Shown piece by piece: positions 19,528 to 30,252 of a DNA stretch of 64,000 nt. The stretch comes from Ignavibacteriales bacterium (GTDB taxonomy: Bacteria; Bacteroidota; Ignavibacteria; UBA10030; UBA6906). The position numbers and the translations under genes were made by a program. Every line of letters starts with the position of its first letter. Positions within the stretch are counted from its first letter, which is position 1. Under the pieces are notes generated by a model. It saw nothing but the letters and a program-made list of their open reading frames with translations. It was not told the origin of the DNA and did not search any database. The stretch lies in the NCBI GenBank assembly GCA_037441705.1, contig JBBIRR010000014.1, positions 13,229 through 77,228 on the forward strand, in the 5' to 3' direction.

Positions 19528-22500
19528 TCACTTATTCCCCTCTAACTTCTCCAATGCCTCGTAGTAGCGTTTGATGAGTTCCTGATAGTCTCTCGCGTAT
19601 CCTTCTTCGATAGCCTTTTGCAAATCCTGCTGCAGTCTGTTCCGTCCCTCTTGCGTGTTCAGGTCAATCCCGCCGGGACTCTTGCGCGCCACGTTGGTTC
19701 CTGTTTCTGCGCGGCGCTTCTTCTCGAAATCTCGTTCACGCGCCGAGCGTTGTGAGTCGAGCAAGCGTGAGAGGATGCGTTCCTGCTTCTTCAGCGTCTC
19801 GGGATTGACGTTGCCTTGCGCGAGATCGGTTTGTACTTCGCGCATCTCCTGCGCGATCTTGTTGAGATCGCCGAGCATCTTGCTCAGCTCGCCGCTCTGC
19901 GCGGCTTCCTTCGCCAACTGTTCAAGCGATTTGCGTACCATGCCCTGCTCGGCGGCGAGGCGGCCCAGTTCGGCAAGCTGTTGCTGCGACATTCCCTGCA
20001 GGTTCTGCGTGCCTTGATTGATGCCCTGCTGCTGTCCGGTCATCTGCTGCAGTCGCTGCATGAAGCCGGCCATGCCCATGCCCATCCCCTTCCCCTGCAT
20101 CATGCCCTGCATCGCGCCTTGCAGCAACTGCGAGGCTTCGTTGAGTGAGCCCATCGCGCCCTGCTGCTGCCCGCCGGCCTGCGGACCGTTGCGCTGGTCC
20201 AGCGACTGCATCGCCTGGCTCATCTGCCGCATCGCATCGCCGATGGCCTTGCCCAGCTCCGGCGTGATGGCAAACGTCTTCTGTGAAAGTCGGGACAGCC
20301 CCTGCGTTACATTTGCCAGATCACGCAGGATTTCCATTTGCGCCTGGGCATTGTCGCGGAACTGCTGCGAGTTCGGCTCCAGTCGCCGTGCCTGATTCTT
20401 GAGCGCCTCCTGCCGTTTCGAGAGACTCAGCAAATCCTGCAGGGCGCGGCGCATCTCGTTCACAATCTGTCGCTGTTGATTCTCCTGCATCGCCTGCTTC
20501 ATCCGCTGCATCCGCTGCATGAAACTTCCCATCTTCCGCATGGCGCTGCGCTGGTTCTGCATGGCCGATTGCATGTCCTGCTGCTGCAACTGCTGCGCAA
20601 TTTCGTCCATCTGCTTTTCGAGATCGGCCTGCTCCAACTCGTTGCGCGCGTCCTGGATCTCGTTCAGCGGCATCTCGGCGGGAAATTCTTCCATCTTCTT
20701 CTGCAGCTCGGCAAGTTCTTTCTGCAGTTGCTCAAGCTGTTCCTTCAAGTCCTTTTGCTGCTGTGCAAGCTCGTTCAGCTTGTTCTTGTCGGCAGGATTG
20801 ATCTGCTCCGTCTGCTTCTGCACCTCTTCCTGTTTCTTGAGCATCTCCTCCGTCCGCTTCACCATCTCATCCACTTTCTGCTCGATCTGGATACGTTTCA
20901 ACAACTGAATCGTCCGTTCGATGCTCTTGCGGAAATTTTCCTCACTGAACTGGAACTGCTGCATTGCCTGCCGCATCATTTCGGGACTGAGCTGCATCAT
21001 GGCCTGCTGCATCTTCTTCATCGCTTCGGCAAATTCGGGCGAGTTCAGTTCCTCCATCAGGCGCTGCAGCTCCTGATACTTCTCCAGCGTTTCGTGCGAG
21101 AGCGTCTCGCTTTTCTCCATCTTCTTAACCATCTCGTCGATGGTTTTGTTGACCTCCGCCATCTTCTTCTGAATCTCGTCGTACTTCTTCAGCATCTCCT
21201 CGGCCTTCTTCTGCTGCTGCCAGTCCATCTTCTGCTGGTTCTTCTTCATCTCCTGCTGGAGCTCTTCCAGCTCCTTGCGCGCCTGCTCGGCTTGCTTCAG
21301 TGCCTCTTTCATGCCTTCGAGACTTACCTCGTGAGCCTTGTCCACATCGGCGAAGACTTCTTCGAGCGAGGGAAGGCGCAGGATGTAGGTTTCGCTGCGG
21401 CCCGACTTCGGACCGCTCACATTGTCATTGTCAAACACTTCGAGGTAGTAACTGACGACGTCTTCCGGAGCGAGCGAGAGATCCTTCAGGCTCCAGAGAT
21501 GCGCGGCATCCATCTCGTTGGTATGAACGGTGGGCAGGGGCACGGCAACGAAGCGAAAGTCGGGCCACGGCTGCTCATAGCGCGAGTGAATCAGGCGGTA
21601 TGCAAGGCGCAGCGATGTGAAACCGTAGTCATCAGCAATACGATAGAGCATGTTCAGTTGCGTGTTCTCGGCAATATCCATGTTCGCACCCGGAAAGATG
21701 ATTGCGGCCGTCGGATGCGCGTCGGGAACGATCTTGAGCGTATACTGAATCGGATCGACACTGGAGATGCCTTCCTCGTCTTCGAGGTGGATGGTGTACT
21801 GGCGCTCATTCATCAGCGTAATCGTGCCCTGGGCGGTGCTGCCGTGAACGGTGAGCCGTGCAATGCTTGAATCGCTGAACAGCAAGCGCGCCCCGGCGAG
21901 CGGCTTGTTGGAGTCGATCCGGATCGCAATGCGCGTGCCGCGCAGCGCCGTTACATCGCCCACGTTGTCGTCGAGCTGGCGCGACGGCAGCTTTGCATAC
22001 GCCGGAAAGTTCAAGGTGAGCCGCAGCATCTTCACCATCGGGCGGTCGATCACGCTCAACGTGTATTGATCGCTGCTGACGTCTCCCGCTTTCACCGCGT
22101 AGGTGGTGGTGGATTTCAGAGAAGAGAACTCGTGCGTGAACAGTCCTGCAGCGTTCGGGGTGAGAGTCCGTTCCTCGAATTGGAGCTGGCCTTCGGGCTT
22201 GCTCAGAAGGACGAGCTGTTGAGGAAGCTCCTCGCGTGAGCTTGCCGTCGTCTCGGGCTCGAGACGTACCGTCACCGCCACGGAAGCCCCCTTCACCACC
22301 TCAATATTTCCCGGCTGAACAACGAAGCGAAACGGAAGCGGCGGAGCGAATGACTGGCTGTAGTGCCACAACCGGTTGGCGGCACCCAAGAATCCGACGG
22401 GCGAAGCCAGCGGAAAGAGCACGGCCGCAGCCACAACGACGCCAAGGACTTTTGCCATCCTCCGGGCAGGCGCAAAGCTGACCGCCCGCGTGAAATCAAG

Positions 22501-22941
22501 CGGTTCGATTTCTTTCCGAACATCTTCAAAGGATGCATCAATGAGCTCGGGCGAGAAGAGCTGCGTCTTGTTCCGCTCGGCGGAGAGCTGAAGAATGTTG
22601 ACAAGATGGTCGTTGATGCCGGGAAACATCCTGCCGACTTTGGCCGCCGTCTGCGTATCGCTTTCCTGAGGCAGCACCCGGAAAAGGGTCAACAGCGGGC
22701 GCAGCACACACCAGGCAAGCAAGCCCAGCCCACCGAGCGTGATGACCCAAAAGATCGTTGTTCGGGCAACCGTGGAGAGATAAAGCAGGTGTTCCACCAG
22801 CAGTGCAAGGAGGAGGGCCCCGATGATGATTGATGCAGAAAAGAAGAGGCCGTGTAAAAGAGAAGCAAGACTCTCTCTCTTTCTCACAAGAGAGAGACGC
22901 GTGACAAGGTCACTCAAGATTCTCGGCGTTCCATCGCTCAT
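19528..22941 (-). CDS. DUF4175-like membrane-anchored coiled-coil protein
   Basis: N-terminal TM helices, Ig-like domains, DDYGF and VFDNDNVSGPK motifs, long Gln/Met-rich coiled coil, ILSRLL...YYEAL end. Confidence 0.8.
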   Translation of the reverse strand: MSDGTPRILSDLVTRLSLVRKRESLASLLHGLFFSASIIIGALLLALLVEHLLYLSTVARTTIFWVITLGGLGLLAWCVLRPLLTLFRVLPQESDTQTAAKVGRMFPGINDHLVNILQLSAERNKTQLFSPELIDASFEDVRKEIEPLDFTRAVSFAPARRMAKVLGVVVAAAVLFPLASPVGFLGAANRLWHYSQSFAPPLPFRFVVQPGNIEVVKGASVAVTVRLEPETTASSREELPQQLVLLSKPEGQLQFEERTLTPNAAGLFTHEFSSLKSTTTYAVKAGDVSSDQYTLSVIDRPMVKMLRLTLNFPAYAKLPSRQLDDNVGDVTALRGTRIAIRIDSNKPLAGARLLFSDSSIARLTVHGSTAQGTITLMNERQYTIHLEDEEGISSVDPIQYTLKIVPDAHPTAAIIFPGANMDIAENTQLNMLYRIADDYGFTSLRLAYRLIHSRYEQPWPDFRFVAVPLPTVHTNEMDAAHLWSLKDLSLAPEDVVSYYLEVFDNDNVSGPKSGRSETYILRLPSLEEVFADVDKAHEVSLEGMKEALKQAEQARKELEELQQEMKKNQQKMDWQQQKKAEEMLKKYDEIQKKMAEVNKTIDEMVKKMEKSETLSHETLEKYQELQRLMEELNSPEFAEAMKKMQQAMMQLSPEMMRQAMQQFQFSEENFRKSIERTIQLLKRIQIEQKVDEMVKRTEEMLKKQEEVQKQTEQINPADKNKLNELAQQQKDLKEQLEQLQKELAELQKKMEEFPAEMPLNEIQDARNELEQADLEKQMDEIAQQLQQQDMQSAMQNQRSAMRKMGSFMQRMQRMKQAMQENQQRQIVNEMRRALQDLLSLSKRQEALKNQARRLEPNSQQFRDNAQAQMEILRDLANVTQGLSRLSQKTFAITPELGKAIGDAMRQMSQAMQSLDQRNGPQAGGQQQGAMGSLNEASQLLQGAMQGMMQGKGMGMGMAGFMQRLQQMTGQQQGINQGTQNLQGMSQQQLAELGRLAAEQGMVRKSLEQLAKEAAQSGELSKMLGDLNKIAQEMREVQTDLAQGNVNPETLKKQERILSRLLDSQRSARERDFEKKRRAETGTNVARKSPGGIDLNTQEGRNRLQQDLQKAIEEGYARDYQELIKRYYEALEKLEGNK

Positions 22942-23039
22942 GATCCTCTCTCCGTTCAGATTCATACTGCTGTATGATAGGCATTCGGTTGAAGACTCGC
23001 AACCGAACATTCACTCCCGACGCCCGCCCGATGTCTCGC

Positions 23040-24578
23040 CTACTTCCGTTCCAAATACAGTCCGGCCCCCGGGCCTACGGGAATCTCAAGACTGATCCAC
23101 ACAACAAGAAACAGTGACCACCCGAGAAGAAAGACGATGCTGTAGGGCAGCATAGTTGCGATGATCGTTCCTATCCCGGCCTCTTTGATGTATTTCTGAG
23201 CGAACGCGATGATGAGCGCGAAGTACGACATCATGGGCGTGACAACGTTCGTCGTCGAGTCGCCGATGCGGTAGGCCGCCTGCGTCAGCTCGGGCGTGAA
23301 ACCCAACAGCATGAACATAGGGACGAAGATCGGCGCCATAACCGCCCACTTTGCGGAGGAACTTCCCATAAAGAGATTCATTGCTGCTGCCACGAGAATG
23401 AAACACAGAATCAACGGGATGCCCGTCAGGCCGATGGATTTCAATAACTCTGCCCCCTTGATCGCTGTGATCAGGCCGATGTTCGTCCAGGAGAAATAGG
23501 CGACAAACTGCGCGGCGAAGAACACCAGCACGATATACACGCCGAGACTGCTCATGGATTTTCCCATCGCGTTGATCACGGCGCTGTCGCTGCGCAGCGA
23601 TCGCGTGGCAATACCATAGGCAACGCCGGGCAAGAGAAATACGAGGAAGATGATGGTGACAATGCCGTTGAGGAAAGGAGAGTGCAGCAGGTCGCCTGTT
23701 TCCGGATTGCGCAGCACGGCGCCTTCCGGGATCGTTGCAAGGGCAAGCGCGCCCGCACACAGAAGCACAACCGCGCCGGCCACCTTCAGGCCGCGCCGCT
23801 CTTCGGGCTTGAGCTGATCCATCGCGAGACGTTCTTCCGCGCCCGTGTACTGTCCCAGGCGCGGTTCAACAATTTTCTCCGTCACGAACGTACCGAGAAG
23901 GGTGATAAGAAATGTCGACGCCGCCATGAAGTAGTAATTGGCCGCGGCGTTGACCGTATACGTCGGGTCAACGATGCGCGCCATCTCCTGCGTGATGCCG
24001 GCCAGAAGAGGATCAACTGTCCCAAGCATGAGGTTTGCGCTGTACCCGCCGGAGACGCCGGCGAACGCAGCCGCGAGACCGGCAAGCGGGTGACGCCCGA
24101 ACGCATGAAAGATGATCGCGCCCAACGGAATGAGAATGACATAGCCCGCTTCGGAGGCCGCATTGGAAAGCACACCTGCAAACACGACAACCGCGGTAAC
24201 GAGCCTGCGCGGGGCCGCAAGCACAAGCGCCCGCAGTGCAGCGGTGAGCAATCCTGAACCTTCCGCAACACCGACGCCCAGCATCGCCACGAGCACGGTT
24301 CCCAACGGAACAAAGCCCGTGAAGTTCGTCACCATGCTGGTGAGCATGCGGCGGAGGCCGTCGCCATTCAGCAAGCTCACAGGCACAATCGCTTTCCCGG
24401 TGCTGGGGTGCACCGCAGTGAACTCCAGTGTGCCGACGATGGCCGAGCCGACTACCACCGACGCGGCAAACAATGCAAACAGCGTCGCCGGATGCGGCAA
24501 GGCATTCCCCACTTTCTCCACAAGGTCCAGCATACGATAGAAAAAGTTGTTCGTCGGTGTAGTGCGTGCTTGCGCCAT
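23040..24578 (-). CDS. AbgT-family transporter
   Basis: [41 protein letters not shown]; about 12 TM helices. Confidence 0.93.
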   Translation of the reverse strand: MAQARTTPTNNFFYRMLDLVEKVGNALPHPATLFALFAASVVVGSAIVGTLEFTAVHPSTGKAIVPVSLLNGDGLRRMLTSMVTNFTGFVPLGTVLVAMLGVGVAEGSGLLTAALRALVLAAPRRLVTAVVVFAGVLSNAASEAGYVILIPLGAIIFHAFGRHPLAGLAAAFAGVSGGYSANLMLGTVDPLLAGITQEMARIVDPTYTVNAAANYYFMAASTFLITLLGTFVTEKIVEPRLGQYTGAEERLAMDQLKPEERRGLKVAGAVVLLCAGALALATIPEGAVLRNPETGDLLHSPFLNGIVTIIFLVFLLPGVAYGIATRSLRSDSAVINAMGKSMSSLGVYIVLVFFAAQFVAYFSWTNIGLITAIKGAELLKSIGLTGIPLILCFILVAAAMNLFMGSSSAKWAVMAPIFVPMFMLLGFTPELTQAAYRIGDSTTNVVTPMMSYFALIIAFAQKYIKEAGIGTIIATMLPYSIVFLLGWSLFLVVWISLEIPVGPGAGLYLERK

Positions 24579-24628
24579 GCGTGATCTCCTCGGATAGCGA
24601 TCTGTTGAGTGGAAGGGGTTCGGCCGTT

Positions 24629-25297
24629 TCAGTTCGTCAACGCCCAAACCACAATGTTGGTTCCGAAGCGCAACGCCTCCTCGCGTTTCTCCGGGGGGTC
24701 ATGGTGAACATCAGGGTCGGCCCAGCCGTCGCTCGGATTGCTCTCGTAGGTGTAGTACACAACGAGGCGCCCGTTGTGGAAAAGCCCGAACCCCTGCGGC
24801 GGTTTCTTGTCGTGTTCGTGCGTCTTCGGAGGCCCGTTGGGGAATTCGAACTGTGTATGATAGAGGGGGTGAGTGAAAGGCAGCTCGACGAGATCCTGTG
24901 CTGGAAAAATCTTCTTCATCTCACGCCGGAACGCTTTATCCATTCCGTAATCGTCATCGGCGTAGAGGAACCCACCGTTTTGCAGGTACGTTCGGAGGCG
25001 TCGCACCTCCTGATCGTTGAAGGAGATGTTGCCGTGCCCCGTCATGAAGATGAAGGGATAGGTGAAGAGCTGTTCGCTGTTCACATCCACAAACTCATAC
25101 GTCGGCTCGACAATGATGCCGGTATGTTCCTTGACGAACTTCAGCAAGTTCACCTCTGCGGACTGATCGTTGTACCAATCGCCGCCGCCGGAGTATTTGA
25201 GGCGGGCAATCTTGAAGGCGCTGGACACGACGGGAGCCTGCGCAAGCCCCTCGCCGAACACAAACAACCCGATGAGGCAACATGAAATAAGCTTCAT
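24629..25297 (-). CDS. DUF4159 domain protein
   Basis: [41 protein letters not shown]. Confidence 0.88.
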   Translation of the reverse strand: MKLISCCLIGLFVFGEGLAQAPVVSSAFKIARLKYSGGGDWYNDQSAEVNLLKFVKEHTGIIVEPTYEFVDVNSEQLFTYPFIFMTGHGNISFNDQEVRRLRTYLQNGGFLYADDDYGMDKAFRREMKKIFPAQDLVELPFTHPLYHTQFEFPNGPPKTHEHDKKPPQGFGLFHNGRLVVYYTYESNPSDGWADPDVHHDPPEKREEALRFGTNIVVWALTN

Positions 25298-25394
25298 GAA
25301 TCTTTCCTGCAAGGATACCTGATGCGCTATTGTGCCGATGTCTCAAGGTATGATTCCGCCTGTGAAGAGTCAATAAACGCCGAAGACAGCTTTC

Positions 25395-25459
25395 TTGCGA
25401 AACGTCTCATTTTTATGTACCTTTATGTCCCGTTTCGGTGGGTCGAAACGGTTTTTTTT
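25395..25459 (+). promoter_or_regulatory. Putative ffh promoter followed by terminator-like hairpin and T8
   Basis: TTGCGA-N17-TACCTT (25395-25423); CCGTTTCG/CGAAACGG stem 25430-25451; T8 at 25452-25459. Confidence 0.55.
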
Positions 25460-25487
25460 CTCACATGGTCTGTGCATCGCAGCGAAC

Positions 25488-26816
25488 ATGTTTGACGATC
25501 TGAGCAGAAAACTGGAGGGCGTCCTCAAGCGCCTGAGAGGGCAGGGGAAGATTTCGGAAGCCAACGTGGCCGAAACCCTGCGTGAAGTCCGCCGGGTGCT
25601 GCTGGATGCCGATGTCAACTACAAGGTCGCCAAGCAGTTTATCGACGACGTCCAGAAACGGGCGGTGGGACAAGAAGTTCTTACCAGCATCACGCCCGGC
25701 CAGCTCATCGTCAAGATACTCTATGACGAACTGGTAAAATTGTTGGGTGAGAAGCACACGGGCCTGCGCTTCTCGCCGATGCCGCCGACGGTGATTCTTG
25801 TTGCCGGACTGCAGGGTTCGGGCAAGACGACCTTCTGCGGGAAACTGGCAGCCCACCTGAAATCGCAGGGCCGCAGCCCGCTGCTGGTTGCAGCCGACAT
25901 CCATCGGCCGGCCGCAATTGATCAGCTCATCACGCTCGGCAGCCAGATCTCGGTGCCGGTCTACGCCGATCGCGCAGCCACCGCAGTTCAGATTGCCCGG
26001 CAGTCGCTCGACCACGCACGAAAGAACGCGCGCGACACCGTCATTCTGGATACGGCAGGGCGCCTGCATGTGGACGAAGAGATGATGCGCGAGGTGGAAG
26101 AGATCAAGGCCGCAACGAAGCCGCACGAGATTCTCTTCGTCGTGGACGCAATGACCGGCCAGGACGCGGTCAATACGGCGCAGGCTTTCAACGAGCGGCT
26201 GAACTTCGATGGCGCCGTGCTCACCAAGATGGACGGCGATGCGCGGGGCGGCGCAGCACTCTCACTGCGGGCAACGGTCGGTAAGCCGATCAAGTTTCTC
26301 AGCGTGGGAGAGAAACTCGACGCGCTGGAGAAGTTCCATCCCGAACGCCTTGCGTCGCGCATCCTCGGGATGGGCGACATCGTCACGCTCGTCGAGAAGG
26401 CGCAGCAGACATTCGATCAGGCGAAAGCCGACAAACTGCAGCAGAGGCTGCGCAAAGCGCAGTTCACTTTCGAAGACTTCCTCGATCAGCTCCAGGAGGT
26501 CAAGAAGATGGGACCGCTCAGTCAGGTGATGGGCATGCTGCCGGGAATGAACAAGCTGCCGCAGAACGTTCAGGTTGATGACAAGGAGCTCGTGCGCATC
26601 GAAGCAATCATTCAATCGATGACGAAACAAGAACGCGCCAACCCCGACCTGCTGAACGGCAGCCGCCGCAAACGGATCGCGCTCGGCAGCGGTACAAGCG
26701 TCCAGGAAGTCAACAAGCTGATCAAGCAGTTCGAGCAGATGCAAAAGATGATGAAGAGTTTCGGCAAAGGCGGCGGGAAGTTCAAGATGGCGCAGCGCAT
26801 GAAGGCGGCATTCTAA
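25488..26816 (+). CDS. ffh: Signal recognition particle protein
   Basis: LLDADVN, GLQGSGKTT, DTAGR, TKMDGDARGG, Met-rich M domain. Confidence 0.98.
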   Translation: MFDDLSRKLEGVLKRLRGQGKISEANVAETLREVRRVLLDADVNYKVAKQFIDDVQKRAVGQEVLTSITPGQLIVKILYDELVKLLGEKHTGLRFSPMPPTVILVAGLQGSGKTTFCGKLAAHLKSQGRSPLLVAADIHRPAAIDQLITLGSQISVPVYADRAATAVQIARQSLDHARKNARDTVILDTAGRLHVDEEMMREVEEIKAATKPHEILFVVDAMTGQDAVNTAQAFNERLNFDGAVLTKMDGDARGGAALSLRATVGKPIKFLSVGEKLDALEKFHPERLASRILGMGDIVTLVEKAQQTFDQAKADKLQQRLRKAQFTFEDFLDQLQEVKKMGPLSQVMGMLPGMNKLPQNVQVDDKELVRIEAIIQSMTKQERANPDLLNGSRRKRIALGSGTSVQEVNKLIKQFEQMQKMMKSFGKGGGKFKMAQRMKAAF

Positions 26817-26894
26817 GACACGCCGGGCCGCACGCCAGCGATGGACGATTGTCAACGTCAACACAATTCATAATTTATTGAGAGGAGAACCACA

Positions 26895-27329
26895 TTGGCA
26901 GTACGATTACGCCTGCGACGGATCGGGAAAAAGAAGATGCCCCAGTATCACATCGTCGCAGCGGATTCGCGCGCAGCACGCAACGGCAAGTTTCTGGAGG
27001 TGGTGGGCCGTTACGAGCCGCTGCGGAATCCTGTGTTCATTGAAACAAAAGAAGATCGTTTGATCTACTGGTTGAAAATCGGCGCGCAGCCGAGCGACAC
27101 GCTGCGAAGCTTGCTGCAGCGCAGCGGTATGTGGCTGAAATGGAACCTGCTGAAGAAGGGCGCGGACGAAGGGACGATTGCCCGCGAGATGGAGAAGTGG
27201 CAGATGGCGCAGGAAGAGAAACGCCGACGCGACGAAGAGCGCAAGGCACGGCGCGCCGCGGCAAAGCGGAAAGCTCGCAAGGCCGCAGGCAGCGAGGCCT
27301 CACCCGCTGCGGCACCGGCCACCGCCTGA
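26895..27329 (+). CDS. rpsP: 30S ribosomal protein S16 with C-terminal extension
   Basis: AVRLRLRRIGKK, IVAADSRAARNG, GAQPSDT; TTG start after GAGGAG. Confidence 0.96.
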   Translation: MAVRLRLRRIGKKKMPQYHIVAADSRAARNGKFLEVVGRYEPLRNPVFIETKEDRLIYWLKIGAQPSDTLRSLLQRSGMWLKWNLLKKGADEGTIAREMEKWQMAQEEKRRRDEERKARRAAAKRKARKAAGSEASPAAAPATA

Positions 27330-27446
27330 AGCCACACAGCCCGGAAAGGCGTTTTCCACTCACCACCGACGGGCGTTGCCGGAGAGTGTCAGGTCTGAAG
27401 CAGGAGTTGACGGGTACGATCTCACAACAATCACAAGAGGCGCGCT

Positions 27447-27677
27447 ATGCGGGAGTTCCTGACGTTCATCGCCAAACACCTCGTCGACAACCCGGATCAG
27501 GTCATTCTCGATCAGGAGGAGAAAGACGGCAAGGTCATCTTCAAACTCCAGGTCGGTCAGCCTGATGTGGGCAAGATCATTGGACGGAAAGGACGAACTG
27601 CGCAAGCATTACGAACACTGCTTGCTGCAGTCGCGGCCAAAGAAGGAAAGCGAGCTGTCCTCGAGATTGCAGACTGA
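27447..27677 (+). CDS. khpA: KH-domain RNA-binding protein KhpA
   Basis: LVDNPD, DVGKIIGRKGRTAQALR; conserved rpsP-rimM position. Confidence 0.92.
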   Translation: MREFLTFIAKHLVDNPDQVILDQEEKDGKVIFKLQVGQPDVGKIIGRKGRTAQALRTLLAAVAAKEGKRAVLEIAD

Positions 27678-28231
27678 TGCAACCATCCAATGAGCAGAGA
27701 ATTCTGATTGCGGTGGGAAAGGTCGTCAAGCCGTTCGGCATCCGGGGCGACCTTGTTATTTTCCCCATGACGGACAGCGTTGAGCGCTTCAAGAACCTCA
27801 AGCGCGTGTTTGTCGGGCACGACGAGCAGAAGGTTACCGAAACGAACGTAACACACGTCGTGGTGGAACCGCGGGGGGTGCGCCTTCGGCTCTCCGATTT
27901 CGCCTCCCGCACGGCGGCCGAATCGCTGACAGGCGCGCTGCTGTTCGTAGCGCAAGAGGACGCCATCAAACCGAAAAGGGGATCTTATTTCATACACGAC
28001 CTGATCGCCCTGAAGGTTGTCGATACGGAAGGCAACGACGTGGGCGTGATCAAAGAGGTAATGAAATACCCCGCGCATGATGTGTACGTCATCGAGCGCA
28101 ACGACAACGAGATCGCCATTCCGGCGGTGAAAGAGTTTATCAAGAACATCGACCTCGAACGACGCACGATGACGGTCCAGCTCATCGAGGGGATGTTGAC
28201 AGAGCCGGACAGCGTACACGAGAAGACATGA
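27677..28231 (+). CDS. rimM: 16S rRNA processing protein RimM
   Basis: VGKVVKPFGIRG, YFIHDLI, IPAVKEFI; operon context. Confidence 0.95.
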   Translation: MQPSNEQRILIAVGKVVKPFGIRGDLVIFPMTDSVERFKNLKRVFVGHDEQKVTETNVTHVVVEPRGVRLRLSDFASRTAAESLTGALLFVAQEDAIKPKRGSYFIHDLIALKVVDTEGNDVGVIKEVMKYPAHDVYVIERNDNEIAIPAVKEFIKNIDLERRTMTVQLIEGMLTEPDSVHEKT

Positions 28232-28944
28232 TGCGGATTGATGTTGTCACAGGATTCCCCCGGCTGCTGCACAGCCCGCTGAACGAAAGCATCATCAAGC
28301 GAGCGCAGGAGAAACGGCTCGTCGAAATCGTTGTGCACGACCTGCGGGAGTATGCCACCGACAAGCATCGGACGATCGACGATACGCCGTACGGGGGCGG
28401 CGCCGGAATGATTCTCAAACCGGAGCCGGTGTTTGCCTGCATCGAGCATTTGCAGAGTCAACGCCGCTACGACGAAATCATCTACATGACGGCTGACGGC
28501 GAGCGGCTGACGCAAAAGATCACCAACGAATTGTCGCTTGCTTCCAATCTTGTTCTGCTCTGCGGGCATTACAAGGGGATTGATGAACGCATACGTGAAG
28601 CGTTGGTGACGCGGGAAATCTCCATCGGCGATTATGTGCTGACGGGCGGCGAGCTGCCTGCCCTCGTCCTCATCGACGCTGTCGTTCGTCTGGTGCCCGG
28701 CGTTCTCGGCGACGGCGAATCGCTGCTGACCGATTCGTTCCAGCAGGGTTTGCTCGATGCACCGTACTACACCAAGCCGGAGGTATTCCGCGGCATGCGG
28801 GTCCCTGAAGTGCTGCTCTCGGGCAACCACAAGGAAATTGCGGCGTGGCGCGCCGAGCAGCAGCGCAAGCGCACGGCACAGCGCAGGAAGGATCTGCTGC
28901 ACGAGGAGCACGCTGCCGACGGCAGCGACGACGAGGGTGCATAG
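28228..28944 (+). CDS. trmD: tRNA (guanine-37-N1) methyltransferase
   Basis: [38 protein letters not shown]. Confidence 0.97.
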   Translation: MMRIDVVTGFPRLLHSPLNESIIKRAQEKRLVEIVVHDLREYATDKHRTIDDTPYGGGAGMILKPEPVFACIEHLQSQRRYDEIIYMTADGERLTQKITNELSLASNLVLLCGHYKGIDERIREALVTREISIGDYVLTGGELPALVLIDAVVRLVPGVLGDGESLLTDSFQQGLLDAPYYTKPEVFRGMRVPEVLLSGNHKEIAAWRAEQQRKRTAQRRKDLLHEEHAADGSDDEGA

Positions 28945-28997
28945 CCTCAACCAGAGTGTCAGAAAGAAAATCGAAAAAACAGTCAGGAGAATTCATC

Positions 28998-29342
28998 ATG
29001 GAAAAGCTGAAGCTTGTTGAAGCCACACAAATGAAAAGCGACATCCCCGCGTTTGCCCCGGGAGACACGGTCAACGTTCACGTGCGGGTCATCGAGGGAG
29101 ACAAAGAGCGCGTCCAGCAGTTTCAGGGCGTGGTCATCGGTCGGCACGGGTCGGGAATGAACGCGACCTTCACCGTGCGCAAGGTATCGGACGGGGTCGG
29201 CGTCGAACGCATCTTTCCGCTGCACTCCCCGCGCATTGCGAAAATCGAAAAAGTGAAGGAGGGTTCCGTCCGCCGGGCAAAGCTGTACTACCTGCGGAAC
29301 CTCGCCAGCAAGCAGATACGCCAGAAAACCTCGGCGCAGTAA
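28998..29342 (+). CDS. rplS: 50S ribosomal protein L19
   Basis: [34 protein letters not shown]. Confidence 0.97.
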   Translation: MEKLKLVEATQMKSDIPAFAPGDTVNVHVRVIEGDKERVQQFQGVVIGRHGSGMNATFTVRKVSDGVGVERIFPLHSPRIAKIEKVKEGSVRRAKLYYLRNLASKQIRQKTSAQ

Positions 29343-29360
29343 GCTCGCGCTTTCGACGCG

Positions 29361-30203
29361 ATGAGAAGCATGAACGAGCAGCCTCACAGGACAAAGCGGC
29401 TGGGCATTCCATCCCAGATCTCCACGCGGCCGCTCACCGATGCGCTGCGGGGGCACCGCTCGTGGTGCCTTATTCAGGACATGCGGCCGACTCTCGCTCG
29501 TCTGCTCCGCGAACGAGAGTTACATGCCGCGCTTCTCTCTCCGCTCGATTACGCAAAAGAAAGTTCCGATTACTGCATCGTGCCCGACGCCGCGGTCAGC
29601 TCCACGGGCAACGGTTCGGTAGTGGTTCGTTTCAGGGATGGCGTCAGACAGATTACAACGCTGGCGGTGGACCCTGCCTTCGCCTCCGAAATCATTCTCA
29701 CCAAAATCATTCTTGCCGAAGAGTTCAACCTCGAGCCGGCAATCCTGCCCATGCACGCAACGGTGGACGTCATGCTGCAGAAGGCCGACGCCGCACTGCT
29801 GACCGGCGATGCGGCATTTGAAGCGTGGGGTTCTTCAGAAAACATCATTGATGTGGTAGAAGAATGGAACGAGATGACCGGCTTGCCGTACGTGCATGCG
29901 CTCTGGTGCGCATGGCAAAGCGATCTCACGCGCAAGGACGCGGAGCTGCTCCAGACCGCGCGCCTCAAGGGCGTGGAAGGAATCCCCGACATTGCACTGC
30001 AATTCTCCAAGGAACGGCGGCGCGGCGTTCAGGAATTCCTCGAATCCTTCTCCTACGAATTGGCCGCCGATGCACGCGAGGGCCTCGCTGAGTTCATGAA
30101 GTACCTGTACTACCACGGCGTCGTCGCGGACGTTGCCGATCTCAACTTCTACAAAGCCGAACCCGAAGCCGACACGCTGCCCAAAACGCTCTCGCCAAAT
30201 TGA
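29361..30203 (+). CDS. MqnA-like (chorismate dehydratase family) protein, divergent
   Basis: AALLSPLDY, ADAALLTGDAA, DVVEEWNEMTGLPYVHALW; usual YLN and SxTS motifs not seen. Confidence 0.72.
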   Translation: MRSMNEQPHRTKRLGIPSQISTRPLTDALRGHRSWCLIQDMRPTLARLLRERELHAALLSPLDYAKESSDYCIVPDAAVSSTGNGSVVVRFRDGVRQITTLAVDPAFASEIILTKIILAEEFNLEPAILPMHATVDVMLQKADAALLTGDAAFEAWGSSENIIDVVEEWNEMTGLPYVHALWCAWQSDLTRKDAELLQTARLKGVEGIPDIALQFSKERRRGVQEFLESFSYELAADAREGLAEFMKYLYYHGVVADVADLNFYKAEPEADTLPKTLSPN

Positions 30204-30228
30204 ATCTCTCGCCGCGCTTGTGTAGATT
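30200..30228 (+). promoter_or_regulatory. Putative recN promoter
   Basis: TTGAAT-N17-TAGATT. Confidence 0.5.
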
Positions 30229-30252
30229 GGCTTGAGTTTCTGTCTCCCACAC

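Noticed and set aside
20338-21870. 510-aa Leu/His-rich plus-strand ORF
   Set aside because: Antisense mirror of the Gln/Met/Lys/Glu-rich coiled coil of the DUF4175-like gene.
22868-22900. CT/AG dinucleotide inverted repeat at the 5' end of the DUF4175-like gene
   Set aside because: Short, in-frame coding sequence with no sign of phase variation or mobility.
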